Assembly: GCA_963818475.1 (NCBI GenBank)
Contig: CAWFSF010000002.1
Span: forward strand, 352,001 to 416,000
Direction: 5' to 3'
Source: Nitrospirota bacterium
GTDB lineage: Bacteria; Nitrospirota; UBA9217
Length of the DNA stretch: 64,000 nt
Shown here: in pieces, positions 12,320 through 23,045 of the stretch
Layout of the letters: every line of letters starts with the position of its first letter
Numbering within the stretch: position 1 is the first letter of the stretch
Notes under the pieces: model-generated
Seen by the model: only the letters and a program-made list of their open reading frames with translations
Told to the model about the DNA's origin: nothing
The model's database searches: none
Position numbers and translations under genes: made by a program

Positions 12320-13213
12320 CTATTGCACCAGGTCCAGCAGTTCTTCTGCCGCCTCCTGCGTAATGCTTCCCCTGTCCCGGGCCACCGAGACCGTCTGTCT
12401 CGCCAGTTCTTTATAGAGACTCACCAGCTCCGGCGTCCGTTTCTCGCATCGCCGCGAGATGGTCCCGGACCGTTTCCACGTCGCCCCGCATGATCGGCCC
12501 GGTAAGCGCATCCGGTATGCCGAGGGTTTCTATATTATGCAGCGTCCCCTTGATGAGCGGAAGCACGGCCTTGAGCGCTTCTTGCTTTGTCTGCGCCCAG
12601 TGCCTCGTAGAACTTCAGGCCGTAATCAACGAGCGCAACGAAGTAATTCGAGACCGCCACGGCGCCTGCATGGTACAGTGCGGCCGAATCCTTGTCCGAA
12701 CTCCACTTCGGCATCACCAGCTCGATGCCGCCCAGTGCTTTGACGATCTCCCTGGCCGCGCCTGTGCAGCGCCGGATCGGCTTCGATCCGGAAATAGGAG
12801 CCGGGAAGCGTCCTGATGCCCTGCTCTCTGCTTGCCAGCGACTGGAGCGGATGGAGCACTGCCCGGTCCGCTCCGATGCTCTTCGCTGCATCGAGCAGTC
12901 CGAGCGAGTGAGCGCCTGACATATGGATCACGAGTCACGCCCGGCCTCAGCGCTCCGGCCGACGCGATCGTTTCGCAGACTTCCTGGATGACCCGGTCAG
13001 GGGTCGTGATAAAAACGATTTCGCTGCCGGCTGCTGCCTGCACGACATCCGTGGTCGCTTTCCCTGCGCCGATGAAGGCGGCTGCCTTTTCCGCCGAATG
13101 CTGCCGTGCGTGCCGCAACCGAGATCACTGCATACCCTGCCCGGTTGAGCAAGATAGCCCACTGAACTGCCGACACGACCTGCGCCGATGATGGCGACGG
13201 TTTTGGTGGTCAT
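12320..13213 (-). CDS. Rossmann-like + DUF2520 protein (PanG-type ketopantoate reductase candidate)
   Basis: IIGAGRVGS, FITTPD, HMSGA, HPLQS, LYHAGAVAVSNY, ALTGP..RGD; frameshifted. Confidence 0.85.
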
Positions 13214-13217
13214 CTGG

Positions 13218-13995
13218 TTAGGGGATCAGCCTGTCCAGCATTCTGGAATAAAAAAGCTCGTCAAGGCCTTTGAGTCGGCCGGGAAGCTGGACCAGCGGCT
13301 TTGCCGTTCAGATCGTATTCAAAGATCAGCTCGTCTGCGGGAACGAAACCCGCGAACTCCACGCCCTGCTGCGCGATGGCCTGCTGAAGCGCCTTGTCCT
13401 CGCTCGTACCGTCCTGCACCCGGTTCACGATCAGGACCACCCGCTTGACGTTCAGGTTCAGTTCCTTGACCAGTTCGCCGATGCGGCCGGCGGTCATGAT
13501 CCCGCGCACCGAGGAATCGCTGATGATGAGCAGCAGGTCCGTGTCCTGCGTGGTGCGCCGCGACAGATGCTCGAGGCCGGCCTCATTGTCCATGACCGTA
13601 TACGGGTACGTGTCGGCCAGCTTGTCCATGTACTTGCGGATGATGTTGTTCGCCGCGCAGTAGCAGCCCGCGCCTTCGGGCCTGCCCATCACCAGGAGGT
13701 CAAAACCCTTTGCTTCGACCAGCGCCTGCTGGATCTGGTAGTCGAAGAGCTGCTCCATGCTCATGCCGCCGGGACGGGGCGCCGTGGACTTGATGGCCTC
13801 CAGCGAGGTCTCCCGCAGCGCGCCCACGGTCGCATGGACCGTGACACCGAGCACGTCGTGAAGGTTCGCGTTCGCATCGGCATCAACAGCGAGCACGGCG
13901 CCGCGCTTCTTCTCTGTCAAATATCGTATGGTAAGGCCGCAGAGGCTGGTCTTGCCCGTGCCGCCCTTGCCTGCAACTGCTATGGAAAAACCCAT
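13218..13995 (-). CDS. cooC: CooC/AcsF nickel-insertion ATPase
   Basis: AVAGKGGTGKT, VDADANANL, MGRPEGAGCYC, DNEAGLEHLSRRTT. Confidence 0.92.
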
Positions 13996-14068
13996 TAGCA
14001 ACCTCAACGGCAGGGTACAGGGTCCTGGGTCCAGTTTAAACGGTTTCCTGACCCCTGACTACTGGACC

Positions 14069-14800
14069 CTATGCTTTTTTCACTCCGAACTTCTTCCTGA
14101 CCTCTTCGATCTTGCCGCAGGTCATCTTGCCCTCGGGGCAGGCCGCATACAGACAGCCGGGGCCGGATTTGGCAAAGATCGTCGGGGCAACCTTCTTTAC
14201 GTGGGCCAGCATGCGGTCGGCCATCTCCCGGATCTCCCACTGCGCCCGGTTGCAGCAGCGCACGCGGAAGAAGTGCAGAAGCTCCCGGGCGTTCATGGTG
14301 ACCACGATCTTGGTCTCTGCCGCGTTCGGCAGCAGATACCGCGCATCCTGCTGCCCTGCTTCGCCCTTGTACCCGAGCTCCTCGAGCCGCTTCAGGACCT
14401 TGGTATAGTTCGCCTGCGCCTCGTCCATGCACTGCTCGAATTCTCTGGCCAGCGCAGGGTCCTGCTTGATGCTCGGCGGGATCACGTAGTCGAAATGCTC
14501 TTCCTTGACATAGCGCTGGCTCTGCTGCGAATAGGACGCCACGCGATGGCGGACCAGCTGATGCGAGCAGGCCCGGGAAATACCCTCGATGCCGAAGGAG
14601 AAGGTCACATGCTCGATCGGCGATAGATGCCCGATGGAAGCCAGCTTCTCCACAAAGGCCGCCTGGTCCTTGGCCTCGATCTTCTGCTTCAGTTCATCCA
14701 CACCGGACGGGCTGTAGCAGAGCTTCGCTGCCATGGCCACGACCTCTTCCGGATCCGGCGTATACCGCAGCAGTACGACGTTCAATGGTGCTTCAGGCAT
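14069..14800 (-). CDS. thyX: FAD-dependent thymidylate synthase
   Basis: GHLSPIEH, HQLVRHRVASYSQQSQRYV (ThyX motif), DARYLLP, AQWEIR. Confidence 0.96.
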   Translation of the reverse strand: MPEAPLNVVLLRYTPDPEEVVAMAAKLCYSPSGVDELKQKIEAKDQAAFVEKLASIGHLSPIEHVTFSFGIEGISRACSHQLVRHRVASYSQQSQRYVKEEHFDYVIPPSIKQDPALAREFEQCMDEAQANYTKVLKRLEELGYKGEAGQQDARYLLPNAAETKIVVTMNARELLHFFRVRCCNRAQWEIREMADRMLAHVKKVAPTIFAKSGPGCLYAACPEGKMTCGKIEEVRKKFGVKKA

Positions 14801-14877
14801 GGTCCCCTCCTCTCAGAATGTCCCTCAGCACCCTGCAGCATGAGAAAAGGGGTAAAAGCGGATGATAAGGGAATGAC

Positions 14878-14907
14878 ATTATAGCTAGCACCTATCTCGT
14901 GAGTCAA
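14878..14907 (-). promoter_or_regulatory. sigma70-type promoter upstream of thyX-cooC-acs genes
   Basis: TTGACT-18 nt-TATAAT on the minus strand in an AT-rich gap. Confidence 0.6.
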
Positions 14908-15033
14908 GAAAAATGAAAGATTTGCAGACAATATTTTTTAATTAACTTATAAATTTCATTGATAAAAACCGCAGCGCTACAAAAAGTAGCCGGGCATATG
15001 CTACCAAAGTCTACACGCTATTTGCTTGTATGA

Positions 15034-15836
15034 TTATTTAAAACTGTGCTCTTCTGAAGGGAATGTGCCGCCCTCTACGTCCTGCTTATACTCTTTTACC
15101 GCCTTGATCGCCTGTTCCTTCAGGTTGGCGTACTTCTTGACGAACTTCGGGCGTAAACCGGTCGAAAAGACCCAGAAGATCATGGATCACCAGCACCTGC
15201 CCGTCGCAGTCAGGACCGGCCCCGATCCCGATGGTCGGGATACGGAGCGCCTTATGGATCTCTGAGCCGAGCGAAGACGGAATCACCCTCAACCACCACG
15301 GAAAAGGCTCCGGCATCCTGCACCGCCCGTGCGTCGGCAAGGATCTTCTCCCGCGCCGCGTCGTCCTTGCCCTGGACCTTGAACCCACCCAGCATATGCA
15401 CATACTGCGGGGTAAGCCCGATATGGGCCACCACCGGAATACCTGCGTCCACGATGGCCCTGATGGTCTCCGCCATCTGACTGCCGCCTTCGAGCTTGAC
15501 CGCTTCGGCGCCAGCTTCTTTGAGGAACCGCCCCGCGTTCCGGATGGCTTCCGCTTTGTGCGTTTGATACGAGAGGAACGGCATGTCGCCGACCACCATT
15601 GCCGACTGAGTGCCCGCGACGACCATCTTCGTGTGGTAGATCATCTCGTCCATGGTGACCGGCAGCGTGCTCGCAACGCCCTGCACAACCATGCCGAGGG
15701 AGTCGCCGACCAGGATCATATCGATCCCGGCCTGGTCCACGATCTGGGCAGTAGGATAGTCGTAGGCCGTCAGCATGGTGATCTTTTTGCCTTCGGCTTT
15801 CTTCTTATAGATATCGAGAACGGTAATCTTTGGCAT
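15034..15836 (-). CDS. panB: 3-methyl-2-oxobutanoate hydroxymethyltransferase
   Basis: [46 protein letters not shown]; frameshifted near the 3' end. Confidence 0.96.
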
Positions 15837-15843
15837 GGTCTAA

Positions 15844-15969
15844 TTTCGGATTGCGGATTTCGGATTGCGGATTAAAACCCGCAACAAAAATTCCGAACCC
15901 TCCGTCTTAACATCGTTGAGATCTGCTTCAGTTTCCCAATCCGCATTCCGCAATCCGAAATCCGCAATT
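15844..15969. repeat. inverted-repeat element made of 7-nt tandem units (ATCCGCA/TTCCGCA/ATCCGAA)
   Basis: Left arm (T)TTCGGATTGCGGATTTCGGATTGCGGATT and right arm AATCCGCATTCCGCAATCCGAAATCCGCAATT fill the metF-panB gap. Single arms also at ~3981-3999, 20064-20096 and 48859-48892. Confidence 0.8.
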
Positions 15970-15970
15970 G

Positions 15971-16942
15971 CTACACCGCCGGTCTCGGATACAACCCCGC
16001 TGCCTTGACGATTCCCTCGATTGCGCTCTCCCACTCGATGGCCTGGATATGCACGCCCTTGACACCCGGGGTCTCCAGGACCTGATGGATGAGCTCGATC
16101 GTGATCTTGATGCCTTCCTGCTCCTGCAGCTCCCGGGCCTTTTTCTTGTCATCGCCAGCCGCTTCCTTTGCCTTGTTCATCCGGTCGATGAGGGCCTTGG
16201 GAACCGACACGCCCGCAACAGAGGAATCCATGTACTTCAGCATCATGGCGCTCTTCGGCACGATGATGCCGCCAAGGATCGCGGTCTTCTCGTGCAGCCC
16301 CATGTTCACGATCTTTGCCATCTGCGTGCGGAAGCCTTCGATATCGTAAATGCCCTGGGTCTGGATGAAATCAGCGCCTGCATTCACCTTTTTCATGAGG
16401 TTGATCGGCCTGAAATCGATGGGGTCGGCCATGGGCGTCCAGGAGGCGCCGATAAAGAACTTGGGCGGCACTTCGATGGGGTCGCCGCCGTCCTGCTTGC
16501 TCTCGTCGCGCATCTTTTTCATGATGCCGACGAGCTGGCAGGTATCCACGTCATACACGTTCTTTGCGCCGGGATGGCCCTTGAGCCTTCCTGCTGCGCT
16601 GAACTTCTGATGGTCTCCGGCAAGGCAGAGGCAGTTCTTAAGCCCGAGGGCTGCTGCGCCGAGAAGGTCCGCCTGCATGGCGATCCGGTTGCGGTCGCGG
16701 CAGGTCATCTGCATGACCGGCTCCAGACCCTGCTGCAGCGCGATGGCCGCCGCTGCAATGCTCGAGATGCGGACGACCGCGGTCTGGCAATCGGTGATGT
16801 TCGCCGCGTCGCAGAAGCCTTTCAGCTGCTGCGCTTTTTTAATGACCTCATGGGGATCGGCGCTCATGGGAGGGCCGAGCTCCGCCGTTACCGCGGGCTT
16901 GCCGCTGGCGAGTACTTTTTCGAGTGTGCTTCCGCTCTTCAT
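15971..16942 (-). CDS. metF: methylenetetrahydrofolate reductase
   Basis: TAELGPP, NITDCQTAVVR, QMTCRDRNRIAMQ, LAGDH, GADFIQTQ. Confidence 0.95.
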   Translation of the reverse strand: MKSGSTLEKVLASGKPAVTAELGPPMSADPHEVIKKAQQLKGFCDAANITDCQTAVVRISSIAAAAIALQQGLEPVMQMTCRDRNRIAMQADLLGAAALGLKNCLCLAGDHQKFSAAGRLKGHPGAKNVYDVDTCQLVGIMKKMRDESKQDGGDPIEVPPKFFIGASWTPMADPIDFRPINLMKKVNAGADFIQTQGIYDIEGFRTQMAKIVNMGLHEKTAILGGIIVPKSAMMLKYMDSSVAGVSVPKALIDRMNKAKEAAGDDKKKARELQEQEGIKITIELIHQVLETPGVKGVHIQAIEWESAIEGIVKAAGLYPRPAV

Positions 16943-17115
16943 TATCTATCCTCCAAAAGGGTTATATACTGATTCAAGGAAGCCAGCATTGACACTGAAC
17001 GCAGATGACACGCAGATCGATAAAAATCTACATGATCAGTGTAAATCAGTGTCAAAAAATTCGATCTGGTTTTCTCCAGTGTCTCTGCGTTCTCCGTGGT
17101 GCAAAAGACTTTGCC

Positions 17116-17817
17116 TTACTTCCCCGCCTTCGCCTCTTCCTTCGCCTCATACTCCCGGATATGCTCGACCGATATGCGCCGCGGTCCGCCGTCACGGGAG
17201 GTCGACCAGTTGCGCGGAGGCTGGATCTCGGAGAGCTTCTCGAGCGTGCCGAGCTTCTTCATCCGCTCGACGATGAGGTACCAGGCGCAGTCCACGTCCT
17301 TGCTGATCTCGCACTTGCCCTTGTTCGTGCCGCCGCAGGGCCCGTTCATCAGCGTCTTGGCGCAGCGCGCAATGGGGCAGATCCCGCCGGTCATATGCAC
17401 GATGCAGTTCCCGCAGCCTGCGCAGAGCTCCTTGAAATCGCCCGGCGCTTCGACAGCGCCGTAGAACGAGGTGTTGATGCCGGGATAGACCGGCACCGTT
17501 CCCGTCCGGTCGGACAGGAAGTTCACGCCCACGCCGCAGGCTGTGGAGAGCACGAGGTCGTATTTTTTCACCTCGTCGATGACCGGCTCGAAATACTCCG
17601 GTTCGCAGTGGCGCATGACGCCCATGTGGTTCACCACCATGGACTTGCCTTCCTGCGACGCCTTCATCTTAATGAGCGACGCAATGGTCTCGGCTTCCTT
17701 CTCGCCGCCCGCATGGCAGATGGCCACGCAGGTGTTGCATCCGAACACGAGGACCTTCTTGAAGTCCTTCACCATGTTCCAGATTTCATCGATTGGTTTT
17801 TGTGATCCTACGATCAT
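17116..17817 (-). CDS. metV: MTHFR Fe-S/Zn accessory subunit
   Basis: GCNTCVAIC, ACGVG, CAGCGNC..GGICPIARCAKTLMNGPCGG..CE..CAW; directly upstream of metF. Confidence 0.92.
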   Translation of the reverse strand: MIVGSQKPIDEIWNMVKDFKKVLVFGCNTCVAICHAGGEKEAETIASLIKMKASQEGKSMVVNHMGVMRHCEPEYFEPVIDEVKKYDLVLSTACGVGVNFLSDRTGTVPVYPGINTSFYGAVEAPGDFKELCAGCGNCIVHMTGGICPIARCAKTLMNGPCGGTNKGKCEISKDVDCAWYLIVERMKKLGTLEKLSEIQPPRNWSTSRDGGPRRISVEHIREYEAKEEAKAGK

Positions 17818-17866
17818 GGTTTATTGCTCCTTTTATCTTGTACTCGTTACTCGTTAAAACAGACAG

Positions 17867-19969
17867 TTATTTTCCGCTTCTCATCCCTATCGTCTTCACC
17901 CGTTCCGAAAATTCCTTGCACACCGCTGCATAAGGATTGCCTTCATTGGTCGAAGACTGCGGACAGGATCTCCACACGGCCGGTTTCGATCTTCAGCATA
18001 GCCGAGCAGGTCCTGCACGCGCTTAACCCGGGCGTTCACACGCGGGGCAATGTCCTTATACTTACAGTTGCCATCGCCGCATCGGATAACAGCCACACCG
18101 TCTACACCGACCTCAAAAGCCTTCAGCATATCGAGGATGTCGATCCTGCTCGTGCAGTGCACGGGTACGGTCTTCACATTCTTCGGAAGATCGAGTCCGA
18201 GCATGCCTGCATGGTTCGTACACGTAAAAGCTACGATCATTGGTTCCTGCCGTTTGGGATCAACCTTGCCCACAAGGGTGGGGAGAGTATTCCTGATCTC
18301 GCGCACATCATAGCTCACCATGCTGATGGCCTCGGCAGGACATTCAGGAGCGCAGAGGCCGCAGGCCTGGCAGTATTCGGGCCGGATCGTGGAATAGGCC
18401 TCGACCACCGGCGCGCCGTAGGGACAGACACGCAGACAGGTGAGGCAGGCCATGCACTTCTTCTGGTCCACCACAGCGCCGCCGCCGCAGCCACGGCACC
18501 GGCCCGCTTCTTCGAGCGCTTCTTTTTCAGTGAAGCCTTCCTCGAAGTGCTCCATGGTCTTGACGCGGACCTCGGGAGCCAGGTGCCGCACCTTCATGCG
18601 CGGCTGTTTGCCGATCTTCTCAACAACTTCTGCCGGCATCTCGGCGATCTTTTCCTTTTCCTGCACAGGAAGCTTGCCTTCGATGGACTCGCCCTGGAGA
18701 AAGAGATGCATGGCAATGGCCGAGCGGTGGCCGTTCGCAACAGCTGCGATGGCGGACCCCGGGCCGGTCACGACCTCGCCGGCAACGAATACGTTCTTTG
18801 CGCTGCTCATCTGGGTCGCCGGGTTCCACTCGACGCGGCCGCGCTCGTCCACCTTAACGGCGCTGTTCTTCAGGAACGAGAGGTCCGACATCTGGCCGAT
18901 GGTGATGATGATCGTGTCTGCTTCGAGCAGCGTGGTTACGTTGTTGTCAAAGGTCGGAGCAAAACGCTTGTTCGCATCAAAGACCGACAGGACCTTCGTG
19001 ACCTCGAGGCCTTTTACCTTGTCGCCTTCGCGCTTGACCGCCTTGGGCCCCCAGCGGTAGTTGATCTTGACCGCTTCTTCGACCGCCTCGTCCACTTCCC
19101 ATTTCCATGCAGGAATTTCCTGCTCGTTCTCGAGGCAGACCATCTCGACGTTCTTCACCCCGAGCCGCCGGGCCGAGCGCGCAACGTCCATGGCAACGTT
19201 TCCGCCGCCGATGACCAGCACCTTTTCTCCCAGCTTCGGCTTGCGGCCGAATGCAACATCCTCAAGATAAGGGATCGCAAGCAGCACGCCCGGGCCTTCG
19301 ACACCCGGGATGTTCAAAGACCGGCTGAGCGAAAGACCGATGGCGACCAGCACGGCATCGTGCTTCTTCATGAGGTCGTCGAGCGTTGCATCTTTGCCGA
19401 CCATGAAGTTCGTCTTCACCTCGATGCCTTTGGTGACGACGTCGTCAATATCTTCTTTCAATACTTCTCGCGGCAACCGGTAGGGCGGGATCGCTGCTGC
19501 GAGCATGCCGCCGAGCACGGGGTGGCGCTCGTAGATCGTGACGCTGTAGCCGAGGTTGGCGAGGTCCCGCGCCGCGGTCAGGCCCGAGGGGCCGGAGCCG
19601 ATGATGCCGACGCTCTTGTTTTTTGTCTTCTGGACAAGCTTTCGCTTGGCGCGGCGATAGTCCTTGGACTGCTCGATGGCGAAGCGCTTGAGGTGCCGGA
19701 CCGCCAGGGGTTCGTCAACACCGCAGCGCCTGCAGGACTGTTCGCAGGGATGGTGGCAGATCATGGAGCAGACCGATGCGATGGGGTTCACCGAGGTGAT
19801 GACCTCGAAGGCCTCGGTATATTTGCCCTGGGCTGATCAGGCCCACATAGGCCTGCACGTCCGTGTGCGCCGGGCAGGCTGCACGGCAGGGCGAATAGGG
19901 CCTTGTTTCCTTGATCTCAGCGCCGTAGGGCCGGTACTCGGTCGGGATGCATGTCGTATCTGTTGCCAT
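17867..19969 (-). CDS. GltD/NfnB-like FAD/NAD Fe-S oxidoreductase fused to 2x[4Fe-4S] and a C-terminal MvhD domain
   Basis: SPCRAACPAH, CSMICHHPCEQSCRR, IGSGPSG, IGGGNVAMD, CMACLTCLRVCP, CQACGLCAPECP, then MvhD-like AFTC..VPVHCTSRID..AFEVGVDGVAVIRCGDGNCKY; frameshifts near both ends. Confidence 0.85.
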
Positions 19970-20029
19970 TATGAACTCCTGCCATTAATGATATTTACCA
20001 CGGAGGCACGGAGACACGGAGGAAAAACT

Positions 20030-20056
20030 CTGGATTCCCGCATTCGCGGGAATGAC
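20030..20056. repeat. short palindromic element (ATTCCCGC..GCGGGAAT type)
   Basis: CTGGATTCCCGCATTCGCGGGAATGAC, flanked by a CACGGAG(G/A) tandem unit (19997-20022) and a heptamer arm (20064-20096). Confidence 0.7.
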
Positions 20057-20097
20057 GGCTTTTCATTCCGAAATCCGCAATCCGAATTCCGCAATTG

Positions 20098-20662
20098 TTA
20101 CTCTTTTTTCGTCAACAGCTCCAGCATTTCCATGCGCGTTGACTCCTTGGTGCGGAAGCTGCCGCGCACCGCGGACGTCACCACCCGGGCGCCGGGCTTC
20201 TTTACGCCGCGCATGCTCATGCAAAGATGTTCTGCGTCAATGACCACCATGGCGCCTTTGGGCTTCAAGTGGCTCACGATGAGATCGATGAACTGTGCCG
20301 TCAAGCCGCTCCTGCACCTGGGGCCGCTTGGCGAAGACCTCGAGCGCCTTGGCCAGGCTGCTGATGCCCACGATCTTGCCTGCGCCCGGGATGTAGGCGA
20401 TATGCGCCTTGCCGAAGAACGGCAGCAGATGGTGCTCGCATACCGAATAGAACGGGAGGTCGCGGATCATCACCATCTCGTCGTGGCTCTCTCCCGCCAT
20501 GGGGATCAGGAGCTTCTCCGTGTCGGTGGAAATGCCGGAGAAGATCTCAGCGTACATTTCGGCAACGCGCTGCGGCGTGTCTTTTAGCCCCGGCCGGTCG
20601 GGATCTTCGCCGATGCCTTCGATGATGAGCCTGACGCCTTTTTCTATTTTTTTAATATCCAT
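20098..20662 (-). CDS. folE: GTP cyclohydrolase I
   Basis: [47 protein letters not shown]. Confidence 0.96.
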
Positions 20663-20764
20663 AAGGGGAAAGCTCTAAATCCCACGCATCAAATCCAAAC
20701 AATATCAAAATTCAAAACATCAATTTCCGAAACGTTTGGTTCATTGAACCTTGGCGTTTGGAAT

Positions 20765-21343
20765 TTATTTGTTATTTGGTGCTTGGACTTTGAAACTTGT
20801 TTCTATGACCCTCTTTTCCGTCACGATCTTCTTCACCGGCACATCGTGGGCATCAGCAGGAACCTGCGGCACGACCTGGAGCTCGAATGCCAGCGCTACG
20901 GTCATCCCCTGGTACAGCGCAAGAAGCTTGTCGTAAAAGCCCGCCCCGTATCCCACGCGATTGCCGCGTTCATCGAACACCGCGCCCGGTACGACGATGA
21001 GCCCGATGTCCTGAACCACCGCCGTCTTCCCCTGGTCCGGCTCGGGAATGCCCCAGGCGCCGGGGCTCACGTCCCGGTCGAAATTCTCGATCTCCAGGAG
21101 TTCGAGCTCTTTGCCCTTTACCCGCGGCAGCACCACCTGTTTGCCCTCTGCCAGAGCGCGGCGGATCATGCCATGCGTCTCCACCTCGCTCTGAAAGGAC
21201 GCATAGAACATGACCGTGGCAGCGCTATTGAATTCCGGGAGGCTGAACAACCGCTGCTCGATCTCCCTGCTTTTCGCCCGTCGCGCTTCGGGCGTGAGCG
21301 CAAACCGAGCGTCCAGTATCTTTTTTCTGAGCTTGTCTTTCAC
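20765..21343 (-). CDS. ygfA: 5-formyltetrahydrofolate cyclo-ligase
   Basis: EVET, VLPRV, GIPEP, VPGAVFDERGNRVGYGAGFYDKLL, HDVPV. Confidence 0.95.
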   Translation of the reverse strand: MKDKLRKKILDARFALTPEARRAKSREIEQRLFSLPEFNSAATVMFYASFQSEVETHGMIRRALAEGKQVVLPRVKGKELELLEIENFDRDVSPGAWGIPEPDQGKTAVVQDIGLIVVPGAVFDERGNRVGYGAGFYDKLLALYQGMTVALAFELQVVPQVPADAHDVPVKKIVTEKRVIETSFKVQAPNNK

Positions 21344-21348
21344 GTTAC

Positions 21349-22127
21349 TTATGTCATGAGCTGGTCGAGCGCGGCCTTGATCTTCACGGCCTCTTCCCGC
21401 GTGGCAGGAGCTGCATCGTAGGGCGACTTCCCGTCAAGATCAGCGGTTACGGCATCTCCGGCATAGCTCATGAAGCCCAGGAACTTCATCCCCTTGAGGT
21501 GCTCCAGGATGAACTCCTTTTCCGACTCGGTCCGGATCTTGTTGCCCACAACAAAGACCTCTTTCACGCCAAGACCATGGGCCAGCGATTCTATCTGGCG
21601 GGCGGTCTGCATGCTCCGCTGGCCCGGCTCCACCACCACGATGAACGCATTGACACTGCCGGCCGTGCCGCGGGTCAGGTGCTCGATGCCCGCTTCCATA
21701 TCGAGGATGACGACTTCGTCGCGCCGAAGGATAAGGTGACTGATCAGGCGGCGCAGAAGCACATGTCTCAGGACAGTAACAACCCGAGCCCGCCTCTTTC
21801 GACTTTCCCACGACAAGCAGCCGCACGCCCTCGTGCTGGACGCTGTATCGGTCGGGAATATCATCAACCTTGGGATTGATGCTGAACATGCCGCCGGGAC
21901 TGCCCGGGCCTCGAACCGGTGCGCTCCTCGATCATGTCCGACTGCTCTGCCAGCGGCAGGGCCCGCGCCGCGACCTCAGGTGAGATGCCGAGCGCAGAGG
22001 CAAGGTTCGCATCCGGGTCAGCGTCGACTGCAAGCACTTTTTTGCCTTCTGCGGCATAAAGCCTTGCCAAAAGGCCGGAAAGTGTGGTTTTCCCCACGCC
22101 GCCCTTGCCCGTAATAGCGATTTTCAC
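21349..22127 (-). CDS. cooC: CooC nickel-insertion ATPase (second copy)
   Basis: KIAITGKGGVGKTT, VDADPDANL, INPKVDDIP, GSGCYCPE, DMEAGIEHLTRGT; frameshifted. Confidence 0.93.
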
Positions 22128-22153
22128 AGCGAATCTCCTTAATATACTGAGAC

Positions 22154-22183
22154 AAAATAACATCTAACGATCGAAAGTGTCAA
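22154..22183 (-). promoter_or_regulatory. possible sigma70 promoter for the cooC-folE-metVF unit
   Basis: TTGACA, then TG-n-TATTTT (18-nt spacer), just upstream of the GGAG RBS of cooC. Confidence 0.45.
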
Positions 22184-22607
22184 GGAATTTTTGTCTTCAG
22201 CGGGAGGTTACGAATGGTAGCACGTACTAAGCCAAACTATCCTGCAGGGCATTATAATCATAGGGAAATTAACTCATTGCACTTTGCACTTTTTCTTTCC
22301 TCTAACTGGTCGAATCACTGGTGATGCCGCAGGTGTGGTCTGTTCCTGGGCGCTGGCGCTGCAACGGCGGTTTCAGCGTCAGCGAAATCACGTCAAAGGT
22401 TTACGAGGACTGCAGGATGGAAGTGCCTCATGAAGAAAAACGAAGGTGAAACATGTCAGGCTTGAGAGCGTGGAAAAAGAATACCTGCTCCTTTTACCAG
22501 CAACAGCAGGAACAGGAAGAGCACAAGAACTGATCGTCGGCAGAAACGCAGCGCCGGAGAAGCAACTCCGGCACTGCGTCGGATAAAGGTGGATCTTGTA
22601 TATAGGG

Positions 22608-22931
22608 CTAGAGTGTTGACATTCTTTGCCTGGTCCGGTCCATACCGAGCCGCGTGTGAGAAAAGCCAAGGGGTGCAGCTTCCTCTTCATGCTTGACCAG
22701 CTTTAAGAAATCGCACTCCCAGCATGCTGTGCGCTTTTGCTCTTCGTTGCCCTGTACTTTTCCCCCGCACAAAGACCCGGCGATAACCCAGCAGGAACGG
22801 CCCGCATTTTGCCCCCCATGCATGCCGTTCAGAGCCGTATAGGTCGTTACCGGGCACGTCCCGAACTCCTTTTCATGCAAACCGCCAGATTCTCTGCCGC
22901 ATTTTTTCACTTCCCAGCAATTCAGTTTCAT
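22608..22931 (-). CDS. small Cys-rich two-CW-domain protein
   Basis: MKLNCWEVKKCGRE..CP..GGQNAGRSCWVIAGSLCGGKVQG..CWECDF; GGGGGGAG RBS. Confidence 0.8.
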   Translation of the reverse strand: MKLNCWEVKKCGRESGGLHEKEFGTCPVTTYTALNGMHGGQNAGRSCWVIAGSLCGGKVQGNEEQKRTACWECDFLKLVKHEEEAAPLGFSHTRLGMDRTRQRMSTL

Positions 22932-23045
22932 TCTCCCCCCTTTCGCAATGCATGTGCATGCTTCTTTAAGCTGCATCACATGCGCACAGATCCATCACGA
23001 TCGTGTTTCCCGTTCTTGGTATGGCCCCCAGCCTGAACGATCAGG

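Noticed and set aside
15844-15969. Tandem short repeats considered as a CRISPR array
   Set aside because: Units are 7 nt, contiguous and inverted, with no spacers and no cas genes.
17824-19836. Long plus-strand ORFs opposite real genes (also 2569-3936, 33487-35157, 39717-41225, 50795-52522)
   Set aside because: Antisense shadows typical of high-GC coding DNA, with no recognisable motifs.
22200-22600. Short ORFs in the gap between cooC and the CW protein (including 22388-22690)
   Set aside because: No motifs or RBS, and the longest overlaps the CW gene out of frame.
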